A program made the translations under genes and the position numbers. The notes under the pieces are model-generated. The model did no database searches, was not told the DNA's origin, and saw only the letters and a program-made list of their open reading frames with translations. 64,000 nt of DNA. It comes from Trypanosoma brucei. Taxonomy: Eukaryota. Shown here piece after piece: positions 1 to 10,520 of this stretch. The stretch lies in the NCBI GenBank assembly GCA_000002445.1, contig CH464491.1, forward strand, positions 4,896,001 through 4,960,000. Reading direction: 5' to 3'. Position 1 is the first letter of the stretch, and each line of letters begins with the position of its first letter.

Positions 1-375
1 ATCAGTTGGAACTTAAACTGTAATATTGACGTTAATCATGGAATTAAAAACAGGTGTTGTACAGAACAAGAGGAATTAGTCAAAGGACAAAAAAGCCGGA
101 AGAGCAGAAACTATTGTTGCTGTGATTTTTAAAAACCGCAGCCCCAGTGGGTAACAAGGAGTACAACACCAAACACCACTCGAACTATCCTTGAAAGATC
201 GACGAAAGCATATAGCAAAAGCACGCCGTGCTAACCAATTATCAAAAAATCACTGCAAAGCGCATACGAACGCAGCCGACACAAGCGGAAAGCAAAGCTT
301 TTTCAAAAAATTATACCTTTTTGCAGCATTCGGAATATAAAAGACAAGCGCAATTACGACATAGTTCCTCAAACT

Positions 376-1887
376 ATGCTTGCAGAAGCAGCTAAAATAC
401 TAGCAGCGCTGTCCCTTTTACTATCAGAAGCTAAAGCCAATACAGCAGCGAACACACTTGCAAATTCGGCAAGCAACTGGTGTCAAGAGCGGCATTACCT
501 AACAGCAGTGGTTCAAGCGATGCTAAGCGAACAGAATGACCGCCGAGGCAGGCTGGCAGCAAACGCAGCAAGGATTCAGGCATGGAGCCTCCAAGCGGCG
601 GCGGCAAACACCAAGCAACAGACGGCGCGATTCATTCTGCTTAGAGAGTACGGTAAATACGTTCAAACAACAGGCGAACAAACCCTACAGACACTCAAGA
701 CGGCAGCCGAACCCGCACTCAAGCTCCTTCGGGGCCGTATTGCCAACTACAACACCGCCATCGCCATAGCGGATCATAGTGTGCTCAAGATCGGCACAAC
801 AACGGGGAGCAGTGGCACAGTCAACGGCGCACCCTGCGAAGCAGCAACAACACTGCACAAAGCACAAACACAGCTTTGCACAGCACCTGCGGCAAACGAG
901 ATAACAACAGAAGCAGTCAAAGCCGTCCTAAAAAGCTTAAAAGCGGTCAAACTCGTAGCCAGAATAGAAGTCCACGAACTGCTTGACGGACCAACACTGC
1001 ACGTCAAGGGTCAATCAGCTGGCGGTGAAACTTGGACCGCAGGTGTGAGCAGCAAGTGCACAGCAACCAGTGGCGGCTCGCAAGTAGGAAGTTCAGTGAC
1101 ACACCAAGCCCCAGAGCCGGCCAAACTAAAAGGGACAGCTGGAACCATAACAACGACAAGCGAAACGTCGAAACCTGTTGTCAACGACGGCGACGATGTT
1201 TACACTTCAGGCGTAAATACACCGGAGAAACTCGCGCAGGCGCTGCTCTCAGTAAAGACTGAGTTGCTGAAACAGACAGTGGACCTGAGCGCGATAACAT
1301 TAGACACACTGGAAACCGACCCAGTAGCCCAAGCACTAGCAAATATCTTACTTTTAAGCGATACCAAGCGACTAACACCAGACCAGCCCAACAGATCGGA
1401 ACAATTGAAAACCCTAATAATAAAGGAATTTGGACCAGAAAACACTGCATACTCAACGGCATTCATCAATAGCTATGACACGGCGGCAGTCACACTGCTA
1501 GTCGGCGGAAAACCGAAGTCAGAAAAGCTGAACACAATAACCAATCCAGAAAATATCGCAAAAGCAATCAGTTATTTAGCAGCAACAAACCAGATAAAAC
1601 AAACAATAGAGGGAAACAAAGACCAATGTTCGACTGTGGAAAAAGAGAAAAAGCAATCACCTTCAAAAGAAGAATGCAAGGAACACACAGAGCAAGAAGC
1701 TTGCCAGAACGCGGGATGCAAATTTGATAATAGCAAAAATGATGGTGAAAAGTGCTTTCCGAACCCTGAAACAAAAGAAGCAGCTCAGAAAGATGGGAAT
1801 GATAGTAAAAACACAAACACCACCGGCAGCAACTCTTTTGTCATTAAGAAGGTCCCTCTTTGGCTTGCAGTTTTTATCCTAGGATAA
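376..1887 (+). CDS. Variant surface glycoprotein (VSG), apparently intact 503-aa ORF
   Basis: Uninterrupted ORF with an N-terminal signal-like segment (MLAEAAKILAALSLLLSEAKA). Cys-rich C-terminal domain (CKEHTEQEACQNAGCKFDN...GEKCF). Ends in a hydrophobic GPI-anchor signal (NSFVIKKVPLWLAVFILG). Confidence 0.8.
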   Translation: MLAEAAKILAALSLLLSEAKANTAANTLANSASNWCQERHYLTAVVQAMLSEQNDRRGRLAANAARIQAWSLQAAAANTKQQTARFILLREYGKYVQTTGEQTLQTLKTAAEPALKLLRGRIANYNTAIAIADHSVLKIGTTTGSSGTVNGAPCEAATTLHKAQTQLCTAPAANEITTEAVKAVLKSLKAVKLVARIEVHELLDGPTLHVKGQSAGGETWTAGVSSKCTATSGGSQVGSSVTHQAPEPAKLKGTAGTITTTSETSKPVVNDGDDVYTSGVNTPEKLAQALLSVKTELLKQTVDLSAITLDTLETDPVAQALANILLLSDTKRLTPDQPNRSEQLKTLIIKEFGPENTAYSTAFINSYDTAAVTLLVGGKPKSEKLNTITNPENIAKAISYLAATNQIKQTIEGNKDQCSTVEKEKKQSPSKEECKEHTEQEACQNAGCKFDNSKNDGEKCFPNPETKEAAQKDGNDSKNTNTTGSNSFVIKKVPLWLAVFILG

Positions 1888-1985
1888 ACACTTTTAACAG
1901 TTATTTTCCTAAAGTAGTTTTACTCAATTTTGTGAAATTTGACAAATTTCCTAATTTGAGAGAAGTTGCTAAATTTACTGAAATA

Positions 1986-2001
1986 TGATATAGTTCAACA
2001 T
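1986..2001 (+). promoter_or_regulatory. Degenerate VSG 3'UTR 16-mer-like motif (TGATATAGTTCAACAT)
   Basis: 13 of 16 matches to TGATATATTTTAACAC, about 100 bp after the VSG stop. Confidence 0.3.
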
Positions 2002-2129
2002 TTTTTTGAGGAAAATTTAAAAATTAGTAAAGTATGAAAGTGGCACGTAGATTTAAAGCAAGAAGATGATATGGTAAAAATAAGTGCCATTCTAATTTTA
2101 CCTATTGGTTTGCTTTATTTTTTAATGGA

Positions 2130-2222
2130 TATTAGGGTTAGGGTTATAATAATAGCAATAAGACAATGTTGGGAGAAAGTGCTGTGAGTGCGCATATACC
2201 AGCGTAGTAATGAGACTAATGA
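2130..2222 (+). repeat. Single 70-bp repeat unit preceded by TTAGGGTTAGGGTTA
   Basis: TAATAATAGCAATAAGACAATGTTGGGAGAAAGTGCTGTGAGTGCGCATATACC resembles the GAGAGTGTTGTGAGTGTGTATATAC core. Telomeric hexamers lie at 2133-2147. Confidence 0.55.
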
Positions 2223-3256
2223 AGACTGAATGGAAACCCAAGACACAACCAATCGAAACAATGGTCCGGGTAAGTGGGATCAACTGAGAGATTAAAAGTG
2301 AGAAAGTGACAGCACGAGGAATATTATCGGTAAAGGAAAGACAAGGAAAGAGAGGTGGTGAGAAATAGTGACATAATTTGCTGAGTAGAAAGCACAAACA
2401 TGACAATGTGCATTAGCACAAGCAGGATGAAGAAGGGAGGGGACATTGGAAAAAAGACAGAGTGAAATGTAGAGGGTAGATGGGACTGCTACGGTATCCA
2501 TAGAAGCTGTGGCCGAAGACGGAGAAGAAAGAAACGAAGATATAGAGTGAAACACCTGTATGTGCAACACGACGGCACTGAGAAAAAATACATCATAGGA
2601 AAAGAAACGAGCGGATAATGTCCTTTTTTCACTTGTAAATGAAAATATGACACTGCAAAGATAATGCTGATTACCGTTGTGTTTAATTCGGCGGCGCAGC
2701 CAGATGTGCGGCAGGAGACAACCGCCGATGCAGAACATGAACTCAATACGGTGCGTTAGATTACCGAGGAATGAACGACAATATAAAAAGGCCATGCAGC
2801 CCACAATATCTGAAAATTTGTGGTAATATTCGAATTCAGGGCACGTCTACATAATTTTCTCAAACTTAAAAAAAGGTTGTGGTGAATATTGTAAGCGGCT
2901 TCGCGGCTAAGGCACAGCAACCGACTAGAAACTGATGAGCAATCCAGACCTAACTGTTTCGGCGCACATATACCCGAAGCGGTCAAACCTGAAACCGCTC
3001 AGGAGCACTGAAGTACTAAGCTAAAAGTAGCACAGCCGCGCCCGGAATTATAGCACGTCCCTTTCCGACAAATGGCGGAAACTTTAAGAGCGGAGGCGAG
3101 TGTTGTGACCTGACCAACTGTACCGACATGGCTAGAAAGCATGCCAGCTTTAGCGCCGAATAATCGGGTTTAGCGTCAGTATTTCAGCCTATCTTTAATC
3201 TCAAAAACAAAAAAGTAACCGAAAGCAAAGCGAGGTGACACAGACAATAGCTTGGG

Positions 3257-4795
3257 TTGCAACACGTCAAAAAAAAAAGGCCGAAGGTGGAAAGGCTGGC
3301 AGTGATGGACGCAGCGAAGCTGTTTGTTGCGGCTGTCCTACTAGCACAAACTGCACGCGCAGCAAACGAAGCTGCACTGAAACCGGAAGCCTGGAAGGCT
3401 GTATGCGACATCTACTCGGTGCTCAGCAGCAAGGAAACAACAGCCCAACGAGCGACGCAAACATTACAAGCGTCCCTTGTAGAAGCGTACAAGAAAGAAG
3501 TAAAAGCACGAATTCTGTTGAGCAAAACGGCCGACGCAGCAGCTAAGGCCAAAATAGCACCCTTGCTCGCAGCGCTATCACAACACACGGCTGCTCTTAT
3601 GGCGGAAGCGGCGCAGGGGAAACTAACAGCGGCGGCGACGACAATCGGCGCAACCTCTATAGTTATGGGCAGGCTTAAAGAATACTCAGCGGTAGCCGCA
3701 TATGCAAAAGACGGCACAACAGCGGGATGCTGGGCGGCCGATGAAGCCGGAAACTCGTTCAAAACTCTAGCCGAAGCAGCCACACAACACACAAACTGCA
3801 ACGAAATAGCGGGGGAACAAGCAAAACACGCAAACCTCGAGACAGCAATAAACAGCAAAGGCTTTACCATAGCGGGTCTGACAGTCAAAGCCTGTGCGGT
3901 AACTAACAAAGGGTGCAGACTGCATACGCGCAAAACATCAGAGGGGATCATCTCCACCGGCTCACCAGAGCAAACGAAGGAAATAGCAGCCGGTTTGATC
4001 CAACTAACAGCCGCAGACCCAACCTTTCTCGACACAAAAGACATGGCCTCAGTTAAAAGCGAAAACAAAGCTAAAGATATAGCAGCGGCATGGGATGCGA
4101 TCCAAGTCAAGCTGCAAACCTACGCAACAGAAGATTGGCCGCAAAAAGCAGAATGTACAGAAAACTCTATATGCCACAAGGTAGCGGAACAAGCAGGGTT
4201 ACTATCGCAACCAACGCCGCAAAAATCTCTTGCCGAGCAGCTTTCAGAAACGTACGGCACAGAAGATGAAGCCGTCACGGCAAAGCTGTGGAAGCTCATG
4301 CTAGCGATTCCAGCCCCAAAAGCTGGCGACGCGTCAACGAAAAATCGCAAGCTCCACGACGTTGAAGACCTTGACTACCTCGTGGAAATGCTAGCGAACT
4401 CCACGGCGGCGCAAGCGAAACCACAACCACAGTCCACAACGCAGCAAACGTGCACTGTTACTGAAGCAAAAGATACTCAGGAAAACCAAATCCACTGCAA
4501 CAGCATTAGCGATAAAGACAAATGTAATGCTGATCCAAAATGCAGTTATGAGACAGAAAGCGATAGCAGTAAAAAGTGCAAATTAGATGCCAAAAAAGCA
4601 TTAGCAACCGGCGTCTCTGTGGCACAAACTCAAACTGGAGAAACAACAACAGAGAAATGCAAAGGGAAATCGGAAAAAGAATGCAAAACATCGGATTGTA
4701 AATGGGAAGGCGCAACTTGAAAAGATTTTAGTTTCCTCATCAATAAGAAATTTACTCCGAGTATAGCTGCTGTTTTTGTGAGTTTGATAGATGTT
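3257..4795 (+). pseudogene. VSG pseudogene (C-terminal frameshift)
   Basis: ORF 3257-4720 has a VSG N-domain with signal peptide MDAAKLFVAAVLLAQTARA and a Cys-rich C-terminal domain. It stops at CKWEGAT. The GPI signal SFLINKKFTPSIAAVFVSLI continues in another frame (4729-4795). Confidence 0.8.
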
Positions 4796-4939
4796 AAGCA
4801 TTCTAAGGAGTTTTGTTAAATTTTATAAAATTTATAAAGCCTATTATTTTTTTATTTGTTTATTTTAACGTCTTTTGATAAAATCAGTGCTATCATGGAA
4901 TTATATTCGCTTATTTTGTATGTTTTATGGGCATTAGCG

Positions 4940-5080
4940 GAGGTAATAATAATAATGAGAGGACAGTGTTGTGAGTGTATATACACTAATATTATAATAA
5001 GAGCAGTAATAATAATATGATAATAATGATAATAATAGGAGTGTGTTGTGAGTGTGTATATGCTAATATTGTGAGTAAAG
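4940..5080 (+). repeat. 70-bp repeats (2 units)
   Basis: (TAA)n runs followed by GAGGACAGTGTTGTGAGTGTATATACACTAATATTATAATAAGAG, and again GGAGTGTGTTGTGAGTGTGTATATGC. Confidence 0.8.
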
Positions 5081-6854
5081 TGGTGGTGCAGACAAATTGA
5101 AGTGCAAAGTAGAAGCATTTAAAACAATGTCAAGTGTGAAATATAATCAATGTACGAATGGTGCAGTAAGTCCAAGATTGAGAAAGGGTCAAGAGCAATA
5201 TTATTGGAAAGGTAGGAAGAGATAGAAATAGGGTAGAAGATAGAAAATGTGGAGTTTCATTATAAGTATAATGATTGTACACCATTATACAGAACTGGAT
5301 AATGAAGGAGTTGATAACGTGGGTATCAGAGACAGTCCGGTAGATGCGTCGAGTGTGGTCACCACTGTATCCGCAGTGATGGAAGTACTGCACGAAAGGG
5401 ACGTAGCAAAAGTACGAATTTAAATAGCGATATACGCCACACAACGCAGCTGAACAAAATACATCAGGAGTTGCAAGTGGAAATAATATCCCCTATCTCA
5501 CTCAGAAATTGGACGATGTAATAGGGAAGTTAATGTTGGTGATTATTGTTGTTTTAATCTGTTGGCAGATACTAATGTAAATCTGTGAAGAATAAGCAAG
5601 AGGAGATAGGGAGAGGGAATAATTAAATGTGAGGCAACATTGATATCATCTTTACATCTGATTTACTAATGGTAGACAATATTTGCCGACAATAATATAA
5701 TATGATTGGGTAGAGGTTTTTGAAACTAGTAGTACAAACGGATTATTGTGGCGTGTAAGCAAAGGATAAAAATTGGGAAACTTCTTAGAATAGCGCATAT
5801 TCAAAGTTGTGGAGGAGCTTTATGAAGTTGATAATTAAGAGCGGCACTTTATCAGTTCCACACCGGTATACCGATGATAAAATAACAAAATTAAGCGATA
5901 GAATGCAACACATTGGGAAAGAGAAAGCGAAACTTATTTAATGAATATAACTAAAAAGCATAGAATAAAAGGAAGAAGCAAGCAGTCTTCAAAGCAGAAA
6001 AAGAGAAGAGAAGAAACAAGCGTCTAAACGCATCTGTGATAATCAGCAGCTTTACATGGTTATTGTGACTCAAAAATAAAGCCACAAATCAGCAGATGAT
6101 AGAATATAGTGAAGAAAATAAATTTAAAGTGCTTTAGATAAAGATATAGAATAATATAGATTGTAATTAAGAGTACAAATTCTTCCAGTAAGATACATGC
6201 CTTTTAATAAAATTACCAAACAGATCAAATCGCAGCGGCTATCAAAATATGCCTCACCAACTAAGTCCCGAGTGTCCAAGCAAAGGAATAAAAAGTTTGA
6301 AACGAAAAAATAACAATTCAAAGAGAGAACGCAAAAAAAGGAAAACCAAACTTTCTCGATGGATTACATTTTAAAAAACATCAATCAGATACCTCCACTA
6401 AGTAACGCACAGCGTCGAAACACCATAAGACAGAAACAAAGCAACGTCTTGCACACAATTTCGCCCAGTAGGCAAACGAAACTTCTTAAAATAAATAATT
6501 TTAATGTCTGGAAGCGAAACAAAGAAGCAATTAAACTTAATTGTAAAGTGTGGACAAACTTATGATCTTCAATACATCTGCAGGTGATAGTAACGGAACT
6601 TACTTTGCATTACTTTGGTTTCACAGATTATCAGCAGAATAGAAGCTGACGAAACCCAAAAGACAGATTGCGAACACGAAGCAGGCATAAACAAAGACAT
6701 TTTAGTAACACGGCAACCTTTCTTTCAGGAACAGCCGCTAGCGGCCGCAAAAATAAAAAAACGTCAGCTACGCAGCGGTGTTGCACAACCAAAACACCGA
6801 ACAGAAGCACAAACACTAAATTGTCTTTTGTAATTTTGGAGAAGACCACAGTAA

Positions 6855-8010
6855 TTGAAAATAATGATTAGGCTGCTAACAGCAGCTGCGTTTTTGTTGC
6901 ATGTCGCAACCCGCGGTGGACATGGCGCCGTAGCTGACAGTGACTCCTATGCAGACTTTGCTGCACTATGCAATCTGATAACACTGGCACAAACACCAGT
7001 AGCACCACAAACAGACAAATCCGAAGCTTTGGAGTTGCTCAAGACGATCAAAGCGATAAATATATCAGTTGCGAGCTCGGACATCAGACAGGCACTAACG
7101 CAAGCCCAAAATAAAAAGTGGGCGCAACTATCCCCAGGCCAGACAAAAGGCAAGGAAGGCTGGCAAAATTCATGGGACGACTGGGCAGAAGCAAAAACAT
7201 TTTCAGAGTCTGCCACAAACAAAGCAGCTTTCGAAGAATGGAACGCAAAAACGGTATCAAAAGAGGCGAGGAAAAAGATCGTGTATCTCACGCCTAAAGC
7301 CGTACAGACAGCACAAAGCCTGCCACAACTCCAAACGAAGTTAGCAATGGCCGGTGCACAGGAGGCGGCGCAGAAAGCGTTACTTGGAAGCGACAAAGCC
7401 GCTAACGGCTTAAAACCGGCAGGCACCAACAGGGTGACTGAATGCGGCAAGGCATCAGACGGGGCGAGGGCTGAAGGGGGAGAGTCAGCAGGCAAGGCGC
7501 TCCTGCTAGACCTTCTTTGCCTTTGCGGTGGTCATGCCTCAGACGCCGACGTCGGAAAAGCTTGCTGAAAAAATTGCAACAGCGCCGGCAACAACGACGA
7601 GTGGAACCTGAATAACGACGGCAAAACCCGTGCAAACTTCATCGCAAGTAACTGCCCAAAGGCGCCAGGCCACACGAGAATATCGCAACAAGCAGTAGAA
7701 CAGGCATGGAGACATTTTCTAACGCTCACAGCGATTGCAAAGGGCAGTGGATTCGCGTACCGTAACGCCCTAGGCGTCTTGGCAGCGACAGGAGAGACAG
7801 GCTGCGACGGACATAAAGCGTCCAACGGAGGCCCTTGCGTGCAGTACGGCGATGACGCTGTGGTAACCGGAGCATCACCGCCTACATGGCTCACAAATCA
7901 ACGAACAGCGGCACACATTTGGGACGACGCATACAACGCAATCAGCCAAATCAAGGAAATCGAGCACAAATTAAAAGCCATAAACAACACCCTGCGTTCG
8001 CCGCTCTAGC
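6855..8010 (+). pseudogene. VSG pseudogene, N-terminal domain only (frameshift, 3'-truncated)
   Basis: Signal peptide plus ADFAALCNLITLAQT. ORF 6855-7568 continues in another frame 7779-8009 (CDGHKASNGGPC...). No C-terminal domain before the gap and ingi sequence. Confidence 0.75.
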
Positions 8011-8082
8011 AAGATGAGCCGACACAAAATATGCAGAAAGCGGCCGCCACGCCGATGATAGCGGAAAAAACACACAGACTGC

Positions 8083-8182
8083 NNNNNNNNNNNNNNNNNN
8101 NNNNNNNNNNNNNNNNNNNNNNNNNNNNNNNNNNNNNNNNNNNNNNNNNNNNNNNNNNNNNNNNNNNNNNNNNNNNNNNNNN
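8083..8182. other. Assembly gap (100 N)
   Basis: Run of N. Confidence 1.
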
Positions 8183-8308
8183 TGGGCGCCTGGAGTATGC
8201 GTACCGACAATCANTGTTCCCTGAAGGAAGCTGCTGGCTCTTGGCTTCTTTGATGATACGGGGTACTGGATCTCTGACACCACGTTGAGGTGGCCGGCAT
8301 CGCCAGGG
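8183..8308 (-). mobile_element. ingi/RIME 5'-end fragment (truncated by gap)
   Basis: The reverse complement matches the ingi/RIME 5' terminus CCCTGGCGATGCCGGCCACCTCAACGTGGTGTCAGAGATCCAGTACCCCGTATCATCAAAGAAGCCAAGAGCCAGCAGC. Confidence 0.8.
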
Positions 8309-8590
8309 TATGAAGCAAAATTTTTTTTTAATTTTCTTCGTGCCTTCGTGAGAGTTTCTCCCAACTGGCGCGGCCATCAGCCATCACCGTAGAGCCCTGA
8401 GATGCTATCGGTCTGGCGACTGTGGCAGAGTCTCCCTTTTTTATTCATCCTAACACACCCTCTATAATTTTTGTTGTAGCTCCGCAGTTGAACGGAATAC
8501 AGTAGATGGGGCGAGAAGCCCCCCTCACCCCGGACTCTCCCAAAGATGTCAATTAGCAATCCTTTTGTTTTGTTTTTTGTTATTCGTTTA

Positions 8591-9238
8591 TTATTCTCTC
8601 CCCCTCTTTCTGTTTCTGTTTTTGTTGCTTGTTGACTGCATACCTCCTCTGTCTCTGAGGGTGTCTGGACTATTCCTGCGTCCGGTGCTTTTCCTGCTGG
8701 CTCCACACTCGGCAATAAGGGGGGAAGTTGCAGAAGGGAGAGTGGGTTGTATGACTGTTACCTTAGGTGAGGACTTCACCTGCGGCCGGCTCCGTTCAAC
8801 CGCAATGAGAAACTGCGCCAGCCTTTTGGAGAAACATACATCCTGCACACACTCACCTTCTACCGCAAATCTGACACGTAACTCCTTCAAACCGGGACAG
8901 CTCATCAAGTGCAGCGACGTTTCTTCGCAGTCGCCGCGTTGGCTGGTAACAGCGCGCTCTACCTTCATACCGTGCATCTTCTTTTGATGTAGGGTGAGGC
9001 CAGTTTTGCTAGCACACTGCCTTCCGCATGTCGGGCACACCAACATGGATGTGTTTGTATGCGGGGAATCAGTGGCACACAATTTTGTGCTTTTGCTGCA
9101 TTTAAGCTCGACTCCCTCACCTTTGTGGAAAGCCTTACAGTGTCGGATGAGGGAGTCCCTGCAACTGAGCACTTTTTGGCACACACCACACTGCACCTCG
9201 CCTTTCGCCGGGACGTCAAAAATTTCCCTCACGGGCAC
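8591..9238 (-). CDS. ingi ORF fragment: C-terminal C2H2 zinc-finger region
   Basis: CGVCQKVLSCRDSLIRHCKAFH and CPTCGRQCASKTGLTLHQKKMH. Confidence 0.7.
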   Translation of the reverse strand: MPVREIFDVPAKGEVQCGVCQKVLSCRDSLIRHCKAFHKGEGVELKCSKSTKLCATDSPHTNTSMLVCPTCGRQCASKTGLTLHQKKMHGMKVERAVTSQRGDCEETSLHLMSCPGLKELRVRFAVEGECVQDVCFSKRLAQFLIAVERSRPQVKSSPKVTVIQPTLPSATSPLIAECGASRKSTGRRNSPDTLRDRGGMQSTSNKNRNRKRGRE

Positions 9239-10505
9239 GCTTACGAGGGAATTGCACCACCACGGTACCGTCCTCCGTCACTATGCTTTTATGTTTGAAT
9301 TTCTTGTGTAGTGACAGGGAAGAGCGTGTACCGAAGCTCGCCTCGCACAGGTCACATTGAAACGGCAGCTTCCGTGTATCCTGAGGGGCTGGCGGTGCTG
9401 GGGCTCTACCATCTCCTTGCAATGAGTCTTCGTTCTCTCGCCCCCTTTTCACGCGGCAACTACCGCTGCCTATGCCATGTATTGTTCTAAGGTGGTGTAA
9501 TAGTCGGCCTGGCACTGCGAATTTGGAGGTACAGAGGGTACAATGAAGCACCTGCGGTCTCATCGGGACTCGTGTGCTCGACGGTAGAGGAACGATCGCC
9601 ACCACTGGAGGGGGCTCCAGGGGGATATCCACTATAGGTGTTGCATCGCCGTATTTGATCTTTCGAAGGGCATCAGCTCGCATAAAGCCATGTTTGCTTA
9701 CCATATGCGTTACAGCACTCGAGCGGCATTGGTATGTGGCATCACATTCCGTACATTTGGTCGGTTCGGAGGTTCTCTGAAGAGTGCGTGTCACAACAGT
9801 TGGGACCGTTTGTATTGTTGGTCCTATCGCTGCATGTTGCGGGTTACACCATCGGCACTGTGGAGGCACACTCGAATTGATCTTTCGCAACATCCATCCA
9901 TAGTGCCTTGAAGACCCAACCCGAAAGCGTGCCAGTGCCGTTTCTTCTTCCCTCGTCAGTTCTTCTTTATGTTTTGTTGGAAAGTGGTTGCCCGTGATAC
10001 CAAACCTATGAGTGTTCTCATAGACTTCTTCCGACCTAAGCACTCGCTTCGCATAAGCAATGATGTCGGGGATCAATGTGTCTCGCAACTGTGGTAAATC
10101 TGCGGCCTTTTTCGCCATGTCATCGCAAACCTCATTCTGTTTCACGCCACAATGGACAAACACAAATTGCAGTCGTATACGCACCTTTCTTCTCTGAACT
10201 TGAAGCAGAAGCCTCCATAGTCGTCTTAGAATTGGGTCCGTTGCGGCTAGGGGGCTTGTCTGCAGTACTGTTAACATTGACAGCGAGTCAGAGAAGATGG
10301 ACAACCTGCTCGGTGTGGTTCTGTATGCCGGAAGCCATTTCAGCAGCCGTTGCAGTCCTATCTCTAATGCTACGCATTCCGCTCTGTAACTGAATGAGAG
10401 TTCCCCTGCTCCGGTCTTGGGTGCACAAATCAGCGTGTTGTTTCTATAGAGCAGGGCAGCTGCTCCGGACTTCTCACCGAGGGACACGGATCCATCAGTC
10501 CACAA
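9216..10505 (-). CDS. ingi ORF fragment: RNase H-like region
   Basis: MWTDGSVSLGEKSGAAALLY..., colinear with the matching ingi copy 2 ORF. Confidence 0.7.
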   Translation of the reverse strand: MWTDGSVSLGEKSGAAALLYRNNTLICAPKTGAGELSFSYRAECVALEIGLQRLLKWLPAYRTTPSRLSIFSDSLSMLTVLQTSPLAATDPILRRLWRLLLQVQRRKVRIRLQFVFVHCGVKQNEVCDDMAKKAADLPQLRDTLIPDIIAYAKRVLRSEEVYENTHRFGITGNHFPTKHKEELTREEETALARFRVGSSRHYGWMLRKINSSVPPQCRWCNPQHAAIGPTIQTVPTVVTRTLQRTSEPTKCTECDATYQCRSSAVTHMVSKHGFMRADALRKIKYGDATPIVDIPLEPPPVVAIVPLPSSTRVPMRPQVLHCTLCTSKFAVPGRLLHHLRTIHGIGSGSCRVKRGRENEDSLQGDGRAPAPPAPQDTRKLPFQCDLCEASFGTRSSLSLHKKFKHKSIVTEDGTVVVQFPRKRAREGNF

Positions 10506-10520
10506 TTCGTAGTGCTCTCG

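Noticed and set aside
1-375. Possible upstream extension of the first VSG ORF (in-frame back to 235)
   Set aside because: No ATG upstream of 376 in that frame, and the translated upstream segment is not VSG-like. The start stays at 376.
3412-4110. Antisense or overlapping ORFs inside VSG and ingi genes (e.g. 3412-4110 -, 6947-7495 -, 11074-11658 +, 43031-43615 +, 42033-42698 +, 54121-54645 -, 57810-58583 -, 31999-32520 +)
   Set aside because: They lie wholly within better-supported genes on the opposite strand or in an alternative frame and are Ala/Cys/Ser-rich mirror translations. No independent evidence of coding.
4940-5080. 70-bp repeat arrays considered as CRISPR-like repeat-spacer arrays
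   Set aside because: Eukaryotic (kinetoplastid) context. The units are the well-known VSG-associated 70-bp repeats with (TAA)n, with no uniform spacers and no cas genes.
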